In this document: in pieces, positions 1-8,390 of the stretch
How positions within the stretch are numbered: the stretch's first letter is position 1
Layout of the letters: each line of letters starts with the position of its first letter
From: an uncultured virus (IMG/VR IMGVR_UViG_3300005663_000032)
Taxonomy: Duplodnaviria > Heunggongvirae > Uroviricota > Caudoviricetes
IMG/VR virus record: IMGVR_UViG_3300005663_000032
Length of the DNA stretch: 20,000 nucleotides
Strand: one strand, 5' to 3'
Made by a program: the position numbers and the translations under genes
Notes under the pieces: generated by a model
Databases searched by the model: none
Told to the model about the DNA's origin: nothing
Seen by the model: the letters and a program-made list of their open reading frames with translations, nothing else

Positions 1-81
1 ATAGCCGAACCAGAAATTTGCCCATATTGCAATACTCCCTATAGGACTGTTAAAGAATGTTCACAGGCCTGTTCGAGATAA
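1..81 (+). CDS. 3' end of a CxxC protein (partial; ...ICPYCNTPYRTVKECSQACSR)
   Basis: Frame 1 is open from the window edge to TAA 79-81, which lies in the motif. Confidence 0.7.
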   Translation: MAEPEICPYCNTPYRTVKECSQACSR

Positions 82-87
82 TATTTC

Positions 88-366
88 ATGAAAAAACTAT
101 TCTATGCCCTGTTTATGCATTATAACACAGGAACCGGTCCCGGTGGCAATGGCTTAACTTTTCATTCCGATATGCTCGATGTAAAGAAAGAAATACTACA
201 CGTAATCGAGATTATTCACGAGCCTTTGATATTCACCGATACACAGCTAATGCGTGACATAAACGCAATACATTTACTGAATGGCGATGATGGTGAACGT
301 TTCACAATATATGATGGTTCATGGGGTATAATATTCACAAAATCGACTTATGAAGTGCCCGACTAA
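88..366 (+). CDS. Hypothetical protein
   Basis: ORF bounded by the junction motif at both ends. Confidence 0.85.
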   Translation: MKKLFYALFMHYNTGTGPGGNGLTFHSDMLDVKKEILHVIEIIHEPLIFTDTQLMRDINAIHLLNGDDGERFTIYDGSWGIIFTKSTYEVPD

Positions 367-372
367 TATTTC

Positions 373-801
373 ATGCTAATAATAAAACCGCTAACTCTAA
401 TAAAACCCAATAAAAAAAATTGGACGCTATGTTATTATAAATTAAAAAATGGTTATATACGAATGACAAATTCAGATGTTTATTGGAGTGATGGGATCGG
501 AATATCTACAAAAGATGATATTTTCACAGAACTACCAGATTTCTCATTCAATGATGATTTAAGACATGGATGTGACAATTTTGTTTTTTTTGCTGCACTA
601 ACAATGGAGACAACATACACATGGATTGACACATACGGGAATAAATTCAGCATCATGCCAAGCGAAACAAAAAACATATTGCGATTTCTCTTAGAGGGAA
701 AATTAAAATTAACGTTTGTTGGGACTAGAGGATATATCGAAGCTGATTGGACTCTGACCAAGAAAAACAAAGAATTATCGATAAAACCATATTTTAAATA
801 A
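373..801 (+). CDS. Hypothetical protein
   Basis: 142-aa ORF bounded by motifs. Confidence 0.85.
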   Translation: MLIIKPLTLIKPNKKNWTLCYYKLKNGYIRMTNSDVYWSDGIGISTKDDIFTELPDFSFNDDLRHGCDNFVFFAALTMETTYTWIDTYGNKFSIMPSETKNILRFLLEGKLKLTFVGTRGYIEADWTLTKKNKELSIKPYFK

Positions 802-807
802 TATTTC

Positions 808-849
808 CTGAAACAAATGAAACAAAAACTGAAACAAGTGAAACAAAAA
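808..849 (+). repeat. Tandem 21-bp direct repeat x2 (four TGAAACAA sub-repeats); possible operator
   Basis: CTGAAACAAATGAAACAAAAA (808-828) and CTGAAACAAGTGAAACAAAAA (829-849), one mismatch. Confidence 0.9.
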
Positions 850-850
850 T

Positions 851-890
851 AAAAACATAACATTTTAAACACCGTTACTATATTTAACCT
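851..890 (+). promoter_or_regulatory. Putative archaeal promoter (A-rich BRE-like tract plus TATA box) for a leaderless gene
   Basis: TTTTAAAC at 863-870 lies -28 to -21 from ATG 891; no SD and no adjacent junction motif. Confidence 0.55.
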
Positions 891-1295
891 ATGAATAAAG
901 ATGAGATTGATTTTAAACTAATTCATAAACAACGCAAAACTAAAAAAATGAAACAGATATGTGCGGAACAAGGATATCCATATGATAAAACCCGTTCATG
1001 GTATTCAAGGTGGAAAAAAGAAAGGAAACCAACTAAAAAAACCAAGAAAACTGAAACGCATTCAGGTGTTTCAAATAATATTGCGAAACAGAAAAAAGAA
1101 CAAAACCCTGACCAGATACCAACATATAATGAACTGTTTCAGTTTTTTCAAAATAGTAAAAATCATGTCGATCGGGAATATTGGCTAAAACCAATTAAAA
1201 GAGGTAATAAAGAAGTGCCTCAGATATTTGTAAACAAAGAACTAATTAAAAAAGTGCTCGATGCAATAAGAGACATTCAAAGAACCAAAAAATAA
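891..1295 (+). CDS. Basic protein with putative N-terminal helix-turn-helix
   Basis: KMKQICAEQGYPYDKTRSWYSRWKK resembles an HTH, followed by a Lys-rich linker; the stop lies in a motif. Confidence 0.6.
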   Translation: MNKDEIDFKLIHKQRKTKKMKQICAEQGYPYDKTRSWYSRWKKERKPTKKTKKTETHSGVSNNIAKQKKEQNPDQIPTYNELFQFFQNSKNHVDREYWLKPIKRGNKEVPQIFVNKELIKKVLDAIRDIQRTKK

Positions 1296-1301
1296 TATTT
1301 C

Positions 1302-1622
1302 ATGGCTGAAAAACTTCAGTATCTAGAGTTCTACAAAGAACTTGCTGATTTATTGGATAAATATAGACCAATAAAAGATCAGATTGATTACCGTCGAGAA
1401 GATGAGGATTGGATGCAATTAAGGCTCCCCTATTCATTTATGCTTGGAGATAAAGATTATAGCTATGAGTTATATCTTTACAAATGTTCTAATTCTGATT
1501 GTGGGTCTCAGGACTTTACAAATGAGCCACAAGATAACATCATATGTGAATTCTGCAATAAGGGCACAATGGAAAAAGTGGAACTCACACACCATAACGA
1601 CTGGCTAAAATATTCAAAATAA
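1302..1622 (+). CDS. Hypothetical protein with C-terminal Zn ribbon
   Basis: CSNSDC...CEFC; bounded by motifs. Confidence 0.8.
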   Translation: MAEKLQYLEFYKELADLLDKYRPIKDQIDYRREDEDWMQLRLPYSFMLGDKDYSYELYLYKCSNSDCGSQDFTNEPQDNIICEFCNKGTMEKVELTHHNDWLKYSK

Positions 1623-1628
1623 TATTTC

Positions 1629-1787
1629 ATGGGTAAACTAAAAGCGGCAGATATATCGCTTAGTAATACGGCTCAAGACATATTGGAATCATATGCTCAA
1701 TTTGAAAAAGAGTTTCCAGAAATGCTTACATTAGAACAATTTCTTGTTAATCTGACTTCAAAAGCATTAAACAAGAGGACTGGATGA
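1629..1787 (+). CDS. Small hypothetical protein, 52 aa (MGKLKAADISLS...)
   Basis: Starts at the motif ATG; translated manually, below the ORF-track cut-off. Confidence 0.7.
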   Translation: MGKLKAADISLSNTAQDILESYAQFEKEFPEMLTLEQFLVNLTSKALNKRTG

Positions 1788-1791
1788 AGAA

Positions 1792-2073
1792 ATGAAATGC
1801 GAGAATAGACACGATCAATTAAACAATATTCTCCCTGCTAAATGTCTGGCTGGGGAACAAAAGCGAATTGTAACTGTGGATTATGGTTATGAGAAAGATG
1901 AACTCAAACTATGTGTTAAGTGTGCGGGGGCGGTCAAGAGAGACGCTGAGAAACATGGTTACACTGTGACGGTAGCTGAACTAAAAAAAGAAGCCAGATA
2001 TGATGTGACAAACCAAGGCGACTATTATGATCGGATGGATTCTATTCGCCGAGAGGATGCGTTTGATGAATAA
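1792..2073 (+). CDS. Hypothetical Cys-containing protein
   Basis: Upstream AGAGGA (1774-1779); CVKC. Confidence 0.75.
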   Translation: MKCENRHDQLNNILPAKCLAGEQKRIVTVDYGYEKDELKLCVKCAGAVKRDAEKHGYTVTVAELKKEARYDVTNQGDYYDRMDSIRREDAFDE

Positions 2074-2086
2074 AATATAATATTTC

Positions 2087-2680
2087 ATGGAGAACATAAC
2101 TCTATTAACTCCTGAACCATTGATAGATAATGGTGCAGAAAAGGAATTAAAAAAACGCCAAATAAAAGCAACTATAAACGGTGCAATAATTGGGCACTCT
2201 TTTTTAATAATTGTGGCTTTGATATCTTATATTAACAATCCCACTGATTATAACTGGGACGGGGTAATTGTATTTTATCTCATGGTTACTATTGCTTCTA
2301 TATTTGTTGGTACAGTAATATTTTCTGAAGTAGAAAATAATTGGAAGCGTGAAGGTAATAGGCGATTCAAATATATCAAATATGAACGAAAAAACGATGA
2401 AAAAACTGCATATCACCTATTCGCTAAGTTTCTAACATATGTCTATAATGGGTTTTCAACTTTCGACATATTGTGTAGTGATGAACAGGATTGGGAGGAT
2501 GCATTACTCTTCTCAGATCTGACAATTCCTAAACTGAATCCTTACATAAATAAAAAACATTTGTTTGACATGGCCGGATTGGCTATGAATGACATATCTC
2601 AGGGCTTGACTATGATAAAGGAACATGGAAAAATAACTGAAGTAGAAAATTATAAAAAATTATTGAAATTAAGGGTTTAA
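2087..2680 (+). CDS. Membrane protein (2 TM) with soluble C-domain; paralog of 15240..15764
   Basis: Two hydrophobic segments; the C-terminal ...YNGFS...NP...KKHLFDM...GL.MIKE..KI...KLLKL pattern is shared with the paralog. Confidence 0.85.
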   Translation: MENITLLTPEPLIDNGAEKELKKRQIKATINGAIIGHSFLIIVALISYINNPTDYNWDGVIVFYLMVTIASIFVGTVIFSEVENNWKREGNRRFKYIKYERKNDEKTAYHLFAKFLTYVYNGFSTFDILCSDEQDWEDALLFSDLTIPKLNPYINKKHLFDMAGLAMNDISQGLTMIKEHGKITEVENYKKLLKLRV

Positions 2681-2686
2681 TATTTC

Positions 2687-2926
2687 ATGAACGACAACGA
2701 ACTAAGAGTGGGGATAGTGGTGGAAAGAAAGGTTTCGCTCTGGTCCGGCGAAAGTAAAAAAAATTAAAGATACATATCTCACATCTTATACTCCGGGTAT
2801 CGTGAAGCTGAAAAAGATGATGAGATGTTAGTAATCGTTTGTCAATATTGGTGTCATCAAACTGAAAAATCTACTCCGACATCTTTTTTAACCGCAATTA
2901 TAAAGGCAAAAGTAGATTTAATATAA
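2687..2926 (+). pseudogene. Motif-to-motif 79-codon unit interrupted by an in-frame TAA
   Basis: ATG 2687 and terminal TAA 2924-2926 are in frame; one internal TAA at 2765-2767. Confidence 0.65.
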
Positions 2927-2991
2927 TATTTCTATGGGCTAAAACCTGATAAAATCGAAGACAATAGCTCCAATAATAGAGGAATTATAAA

Positions 2992-3210
2992 ATGAAATGC
3001 AGAAATACGAATAATGAAACCACAATCGAGGCGATGCGAACATATACTAATGTATTTGCGAGTATAGATGATTTGGATATTAATTTTATCAATGAAAATT
3101 TAGATGAAATGAATATTGACAATAGAGCCATAACATACGAATGTTTAGAATGTAATGCACAGTCTACAAGCATTAAATGGGCTAGAGAACACGTAAAGCC
3201 CAAGATTTAA
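2992..3210 (+). CDS. Small hypothetical protein (CLEC)
   Basis: SD AGAGGA 2978-2983; stop in motif. Confidence 0.75.
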   Translation: MKCRNTNNETTIEAMRTYTNVFASIDDLDINFINENLDEMNIDNRAITYECLECNAQSTSIKWAREHVKPKI

Positions 3211-3216
3211 TATTTC

Positions 3217-3621
3217 ATGTTTGTTATTAAAATATTGAAAACAATAACAACACGAAACCCGGAACAGGGTGATTGGAGCGGGGCGACACATGATCAAGGA
3301 ATTCATACCGTTATTCAACCTACTAGATCCGCGATGATACAATGGTTATCTGCAACCTATCCTCTTCTGGAAAAAATAGAGGGAGAGTCGAATAGATGGC
3401 ATTTTGATCAAGTCGAAGACGAGGATAGTATAAAAACCCCAACAGGAAAATACCTTTGTGACTATGATATTTACCTATACGAAACATCTGAATATTCTGG
3501 TGATTTGAATGAACCAATTAAAGCTTTATTAAAAAAATATCAAGATAAAGGCAGTAAGTACACAATGGACGCTTCAAGGGGCCTATTAGCCGAAATAATA
3601 GGCGACCTAAACAAATTATAA
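3217..3621 (+). CDS. Hypothetical protein
   Basis: Bounded by motifs. Confidence 0.85.
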   Translation: MFVIKILKTITTRNPEQGDWSGATHDQGIHTVIQPTRSAMIQWLSATYPLLEKIEGESNRWHFDQVEDEDSIKTPTGKYLCDYDIYLYETSEYSGDLNEPIKALLKKYQDKGSKYTMDASRGLLAEIIGDLNKL

Positions 3622-3627
3622 TATTTC

Positions 3628-3852
3628 ATGGGACATGTAAAAAATGGCCTGTCAACAATGATGCATTCATTGTTTTTTGTATTATATAGTTCCTTATGGA
3701 TATATATTGCAGAGAGATATATTCTTGAATATTATCTGACAACCGAGTCAAAATGGATGGAACTTTTCATTCTTGCAATTGGTTGGATTATTTTTGCCAT
3801 AGGGCATTCTGAATTGGCAGACGCCAGTATAGCGGAGGCACTGGCAGACTAA
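3628..3852 (+). CDS. Small 2-TM membrane protein
   Basis: Two hydrophobic stretches; bounded by motifs. Confidence 0.8.
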   Translation: MGHVKNGLSTMMHSLFFVLYSSLWIYIAERYILEYYLTTESKWMELFILAIGWIIFAIGHSELADASIAEALAD

Positions 3853-3859
3853 TATTTCT

Positions 3860-4204
3860 ATGGGACTAAGACCAAAACCTGTAGCAATGCATAAAGGCAA
3901 ACTGCATTGGATTGACCACGATGAAGTGACACTAACCTCATTTTTATGGAACTTTCCAGCTAACGTTGGAAAAGAGACCCCTGCTCTAACCATAGTGGCA
4001 GAAATAGAAACCCTGCATTCATGTGCATTTCCGGGGTTCTTCAAACCATCAATTCAGGAAGTGTGGAATCAGATTCCAGAACTCTTCAAGGATATTGATT
4101 TACATGCATTTGAAACAAATTTAATTTCAAACGATTTAAATGAATGTTTAACTGAAGATCAATCGAGCCATATTGCAAGAACAAGATTTTACAAGGTGAA
4201 ATAA
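3860..4204 (+). CDS. Hypothetical protein (contains GFFKPSIQEVWNQIP)
   Basis: Starts at TAATATTTCT-ATG; its stop overlaps the next ATG. Confidence 0.8.
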   Translation: MGLRPKPVAMHKGKLHWIDHDEVTLTSFLWNFPANVGKETPALTIVAEIETLHSCAFPGFFKPSIQEVWNQIPELFKDIDLHAFETNLISNDLNECLTEDQSSHIARTRFYKVK

Positions 4205-4344
4205 TGAAAGCACGTTTTATGATACAAAGCGATGAGGGATTTACACAAATCATCATATATATCACTGACAGACAATATGAGTGGCTGAAGGACAAATTGA
4301 CAAAGAAAAAACCAATTGAAATAACTGAAGTCGAAAAAATATAA
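4204..4344 (+). CDS. Small hypothetical protein, 46 aa (MKARFMIQSDEG...)
   Basis: TAATG overlap, SD AGGTGA at 4194-4199, stop in motif. Confidence 0.75.
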   Translation: MKARFMIQSDEGFTQIIIYITDRQYEWLKDKLTKKKPIEITEVEKI

Positions 4345-4350
4345 TATTTC

Positions 4351-4692
4351 ATGGATGAAATAAACACCATTATTAACGCAATTTCTGTCAAATGTGGATT
4401 AACTCCACAGCATAGTGAAACTCTTTCAAAATGGGTTCCTATTGGTCTAGAACTATATGGGCTGAAAACAACTCCAATAAACATTGGTTGTATATATTAT
4501 ATGGTAACACACGATTTGATTGACGATAGACTATATAGTCACAAAGGTAGACAATATAGGACGGTTACACAACAAAAAATTGCGAAAGCAGTAGGCTGTA
4601 CTATTCAAACAATAAACACAAACTACAAAAAAATACTACATTCTAAACCCGATTCAGTATGGCTTGAGTATAAAACCCGAATGAATCTATAA
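4351..4692 (+). CDS. Stand-alone TFB/TFIIB-like C-terminal cyclin repeat with HTH
   Basis: ISVKCGLT...PINIGCIYY...TVTQQKIAKAVGCTIQTINTNYKKI parallels the TFB second repeat (..LGLS..P..LAAAALY..RTQ.EVA..AGVTEVTIRNRYKEL). Lacks the Zn ribbon and first repeat. Confidence 0.7.
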   Translation: MDEINTIINAISVKCGLTPQHSETLSKWVPIGLELYGLKTTPINIGCIYYMVTHDLIDDRLYSHKGRQYRTVTQQKIAKAVGCTIQTINTNYKKILHSKPDSVWLEYKTRMNL

Positions 4693-4698
4693 TATTTC

Positions 4699-4947
4699 AT
4701 GGGTACACCACCTATAGAAGAAATTCAATTAAAAGTTCAACGCGAAGCATGCCAGGCTTGGTTTGAAGATATCGAAGAACTATTGTTTTGCTCAAACGGA
4801 GCGGAATGTGATGGCAATCACAAAACAACTCATGAAAATATGCGATGGACTTACCCCGGTGCAGCTGAGGGAGAAGAAGAATATGAGCACACCATCACAG
4901 TGGAATTGAGTTGGAAAATCACAGTCACAAAGAGCGAAAAAATATAA
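4699..4947 (+). CDS. Hypothetical acidic protein
   Basis: Bounded by motifs. Confidence 0.8.
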   Translation: MGTPPIEEIQLKVQREACQAWFEDIEELLFCSNGAECDGNHKTTHENMRWTYPGAAEGEEEYEHTITVELSWKITVTKSEKI

Positions 4948-4953
4948 TATTTC

Positions 4954-5343
4954 ATGCCTGAACAGAAAAGATTGTGGATTGCAGGATCAAGTAAGGATTT
5001 TAACCTAGATGAAAAAACTATCAAGGCATTGATTTTACATTACATGATAATAAATATGGATTTAAGAGGTAATTCTATTGTTGGTCATGGTGCGGCAAAA
5101 GGTGTTGATACACTGGTAGATGAAGTTGCCACAGAATTGCAAACAGTTCCGATTCATAGACTTCCTGCGGAATGGGTAAAAGATGGAAAATATCGCAACT
5201 ATGCCGGAATGTTAAGAAACACAGAAGGTGTGGATTGGTCTACAGGGGTAATAGTATTCTGGAACGGAGTCTCTCCTGGGACTGCAGATGTTATCAAAAA
5301 AGCAAGGAAAGCAGGAAAACTCCTTGAAATCATAAAAATATAA
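4954..5343 (+). CDS. SLOG-superfamily protein (YspA/cpYpsA/DUF2493-like)
   Basis: IAGS, HGAAKGVD, PAEW, AGMLRN and FWNGVSPGTADVI are the family hallmark motifs. Confidence 0.8.
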   Translation: MPEQKRLWIAGSSKDFNLDEKTIKALILHYMIINMDLRGNSIVGHGAAKGVDTLVDEVATELQTVPIHRLPAEWVKDGKYRNYAGMLRNTEGVDWSTGVIVFWNGVSPGTADVIKKARKAGKLLEIIKI

Positions 5344-5349
5344 TATTTC

Positions 5350-5922
5350 ATGGTTCAAAAAACCAAACTTGTTTTATTCATAATCTTTTTATTAATATTA
5401 CCTGTTAATGGACAAAACATACCAACAATTCATGAATTTGATTTCAAAGGATTGAATAATAAAGGAAACGAATGGATAAAATACAGATTATGCTTTGAAT
5501 ATTCTATTTTTGAGAGCACGACAAAAATAAGTGTCAATTTCACGACTGACTATCCACTGGCCTCGATACATGCGGATGTAACGGGTTTTAATGACGGTAC
5601 AACAACAAAGCAAGAAGGCCTGCTATTCAAACAGGACGAATTAAACGTTTGGTTCTTCCCTAGAAACACTACCGCATTTTTCTACGAAATGGATTTTTTT
5701 TATGAACGCCATCCAGGTAGTGCATATGATGGTTATAACAAAGAATATCCAATCGGTGCTCATAAAACTATCACGGAATCAGTGATTCTCAATCGTACAT
5801 GTAATTGGTCTGTATTGGATAAAAACAAACTGTTTACTGTGGGGGCTGCGTCATATCCTCTTTCATTTGGATTGCTGGCTATCGGCCTCCTACTTCTCAC
5901 TAAAAAATATTTCAATGTGTAG
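5350..5922 (+). CDS. Secreted/surface protein with signal peptide and C-terminal membrane anchor
   Basis: N-terminal MVQKTKLVLFIIFLLILPVNG; C-terminal YPLSFGLLAIGLLLLTKK; several NxT/S sequons. Confidence 0.75.
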   Translation: MVQKTKLVLFIIFLLILPVNGQNIPTIHEFDFKGLNNKGNEWIKYRLCFEYSIFESTTKISVNFTTDYPLASIHADVTGFNDGTTTKQEGLLFKQDELNVWFFPRNTTAFFYEMDFFYERHPGSAYDGYNKEYPIGAHKTITESVILNRTCNWSVLDKNKLFTVGAASYPLSFGLLAIGLLLLTKKYFNV

Positions 5923-5936
5923 AAGAATAATATTTC

Positions 5937-6158
5937 ATGTTTTTCAAAAAAGAAAACATCGATTCTATGTATTCGCTATTAATACTATTTTTGGTATTTC
6001 TATTAATACTTAGATATTTTGGAATTTTCATGGCTCTCACTACAATTTTAATTTGGGTATGGGTTGGCCTTCTGGTGATTATATTTGCATATGATGTCAA
6101 AAGCGGACATTTCGCCGAAGAGATTAAGAAGAAAAAAAATAAACAAACACCTCGCTGA
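5937..6158 (+). CDS. Small 2-TM membrane protein; near-duplicate of 13629..13877
   Basis: 22 mismatches over the first 183 nt (about 88% identity, manual alignment). Confidence 0.85.
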   Translation: MFFKKENIDSMYSLLILFLVFLLILRYFGIFMALTTILIWVWVGLLVIIFAYDVKSGHFAEEIKKKKNKQTPR

Positions 6159-6180
6159 ACGAAGTGTTAATTAATATTTC

Positions 6181-6297
6181 ATGCTCGAAGACGAAGAAAA
6201 AGAAGAAATTCACCCAGTTACAATGGCTGCAATTGTGCTCGGTCTTGCATGGGCGTTGGTGTTTATAGCACTTGGCATTACATATCGGTACGCTTAA
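6181..6297 (+). CDS. 38-aa single-TM micro-protein (MLEDEEKEEIHPVTMAAIVLGLAWALVFIALGITYRYA)
   Basis: Runs exactly motif-to-motif. Confidence 0.8.
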   Translation: MLEDEEKEEIHPVTMAAIVLGLAWALVFIALGITYRYA

Positions 6298-6303
6298 TAT
6301 TTC

Positions 6304-6663
6304 ATGGACAAACCTGTCGCGTTAGGAAACTGTTTTCAAAATGGTTTTAGATACCTATTATCGTCCGAGGGAAATGAAAAAATGTTTCTTGTACACGGCA
6401 TGGTGTCTGGACAGAAAGAACTTACAGAAGTAAGATATCATCATTGCTGGATAGAGTACTGCGAGAAAGTCCAAGGATATAATCTTTGGATGGTATTAGA
6501 TCCGTCTCAGGACATGAAAAATCCCTATATAATTCCTAGAGATTACTATTACAAAGTCGCAGAAGTCATCGAGACTAACTTGAAACGATACGGCCGAATT
6601 GACGCACTCATACTTTCAGTAAAACAGTTGCATTATGGCAACTGGGAAGAACTAGGAGATTAA
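6304..6663 (+). CDS. Putative transglutaminase/papain-fold enzyme
   Basis: GNCFQN, HHCWIE and VLDPS give Cys-His-Asp triad spacing. Confidence 0.55.
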   Translation: MDKPVALGNCFQNGFRYLLSSEGNEKMFLVHGMVSGQKELTEVRYHHCWIEYCEKVQGYNLWMVLDPSQDMKNPYIIPRDYYYKVAEVIETNLKRYGRIDALILSVKQLHYGNWEELGD

Positions 6664-6671
6664 TATTTCAC

Positions 6672-7163
6672 ATGCAAATTGCATTTACAAAATCGGAAAA
6701 AATACAAATACTTTTAACATTTGGTATCTTCCTGACAGTGCTTACGATACTGTTCTGTGCTTTTGAAGCTTGGACCTACCACATTGCTGTCTTTCATATA
6801 CAACCTCTGACTTTTACACTAATCGTCTTATATTTAATATTATGGTGGCTAATAGTGCTGGCCTATATTACTGGTGGTGGTTTATTTTCGTTATCGCCTA
6901 AAAAAAACGATCTTGACACAGATTACCAGATGGAGGCTCTAGGATGGGCATTATTTATTGCTCCTATAATATTGATATTACTGGGATATTATATATTCAT
7001 ATTTATTTTTGGACCATGGGTCAAAAGCCCAAATGATAGACTTGAAGAATTGGAAGAATTAGTAAAAAAACAGGTTGAAAAAACTGCTTCGACAGAAAAT
7101 CGAATCGACCAACTCTCAGAAAAAATTCTGACACGCCTTGAAGAATTGGAATCAAAGGCTTAA
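6672..7163 (+). CDS. Multi-TM protein with C-terminal coiled coil; paralog of 7173..7694
   Basis: Three hydrophobic segments; tail ENRIDQLSEKILTRLEELE. Confidence 0.85.
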   Translation: MQIAFTKSEKIQILLTFGIFLTVLTILFCAFEAWTYHIAVFHIQPLTFTLIVLYLILWWLIVLAYITGGGLFSLSPKKNDLDTDYQMEALGWALFIAPIILILLGYYIFIFIFGPWVKSPNDRLEELEELVKKQVEKTASTENRIDQLSEKILTRLEELESKA

Positions 7164-7172
7164 ATATTTCAC

Positions 7173-7694
7173 ATGCAAATCTCATTAAACAAAACCGAGA
7201 AAATTGTATTACTATATTTGTTAGCTATACCTCTGGCAATCTTAACCATACTATTCTGGACACAGAATTGGAGAGATTATAAATGGGTGGCTATTGCGGG
7301 CAATCCAGATGATCCTATGAATAACGATCTGAATTTACCATATGTGACTATTCTCATATTTGCATATTATATATTGTTGTTCTACAGTGTCGGATCTGCA
7401 CAAATCAACCGTGCGCGAGGGACTCCACTGCACCGCGCTCCATTTGGCACGAAGCCTCCAAAACATAACGAAGATTTTGATGGGATGTGGGATGCATTCG
7501 CATGGTCATTTTTGGTTGTCATCATGCTGACAATACAGATTATTGCACTTATTATCATAATGCTTACATTTGTAATTTCTCCATGGCGTGCCAACAATCA
7601 AATGGCGATGGAAAAAACTATCGCATTAGAAAACCGAATGGACGAACTATCTGATAAATTCTTTACCCGTCTTGAAACACTTGAAGAAAATTAA
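7173..7694 (+). CDS. Multi-TM protein with C-terminal coiled coil; paralog of 6672..7163
   Basis: MQI...K.EKI...LTILF N-terminus; tail ENRMDELSDKFFTRLETLE. Confidence 0.85.
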   Translation: MQISLNKTEKIVLLYLLAIPLAILTILFWTQNWRDYKWVAIAGNPDDPMNNDLNLPYVTILIFAYYILLFYSVGSAQINRARGTPLHRAPFGTKPPKHNEDFDGMWDAFAWSFLVVIMLTIQIIALIIIMLTFVISPWRANNQMAMEKTIALENRMDELSDKFFTRLETLEEN

Positions 7695-7701
7695 TATTTC
7701 T

Positions 7702-7887
7702 ATGACAGATATAGAAGTCTCACGTGATACTATCACAATCGGAGACACAAAATTAGTCATCAACGCACACAAGGAGATAGTGATTAAATTCGATGATGAA
7801 TCAAAAGAATTGTTATCTCGTAACGGTGTGGCCTATCTGGCACAAAAACTAGGTGAATTCCTAGAAACAGGTAATTTTCAAAATTAA
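7702..7887 (+). CDS. Small hypothetical protein, 61 aa (MTDIEVSRD...)
   Basis: Start moved to the motif-associated ATG 7702. Confidence 0.8.
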   Translation: MTDIEVSRDTITIGDTKLVINAHKEIVIKFDDESKELLSRNGVAYLAQKLGEFLETGNFQN

Positions 7888-7893
7888 TATTTC

Positions 7894-8115
7894 ATGTCAG
7901 AAAACGGCATACTTGCAGCAATGTGTGAGAGACATAATTTATTTTACTCTGCTGATAATGAGGAAATTTGTCCAAAATGTGTTGAAGAGGGCGCAGTATT
8001 GGTAAAATGTATTGAATGTCAATCAACCGATGTATTCAAAATAAATAAAGATAAAAAAGATACTAAGCTTGGTTGCACTGATTGTGGTGCAAGATTTGAA
8101 TTCAAATCAGATTAA
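7894..8115 (+). CDS. Zn-finger micro-protein
   Basis: CERH, CPKC, CIEC, CTDC; bounded by motifs. Confidence 0.85.
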   Translation: MSENGILAAMCERHNLFYSADNEEICPKCVEEGAVLVKCIECQSTDVFKINKDKKDTKLGCTDCGARFEFKSD

Positions 8116-8121
8116 TATTTC

Positions 8122-8346
8122 ATGAAACCATGTGGTGTATGTGGGGAATCAATAATTGATTTCAACATATCATTAAGGTATCAAACCAAGATTTTGATAA
8201 CAGTCTGTTCAATCGACTGTTTTACTGGGCTTGTAAAAGCGGCTGACAAACTGCTTGGAATTAATTTCAAAAAACCAGAATTAGAATGGGGCAAAATTGC
8301 AGAAATGATCGAAAGGTTCAAGGAAAATTTAGTTGACTTATATTGA
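8122..8346 (+). CDS. Small Zn-binding (TRASH/MYM-like) protein
   Basis: CGVCG...VCSIDC. Confidence 0.7.
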   Translation: MKPCGVCGESIIDFNISLRYQTKILITVCSIDCFTGLVKAADKLLGINFKKPELEWGKIAEMIERFKENLVDLY

Positions 8347-8390
8347 CTTCTAATTGCGCCCCCTCGATACATTTATATTAATATTTCACA

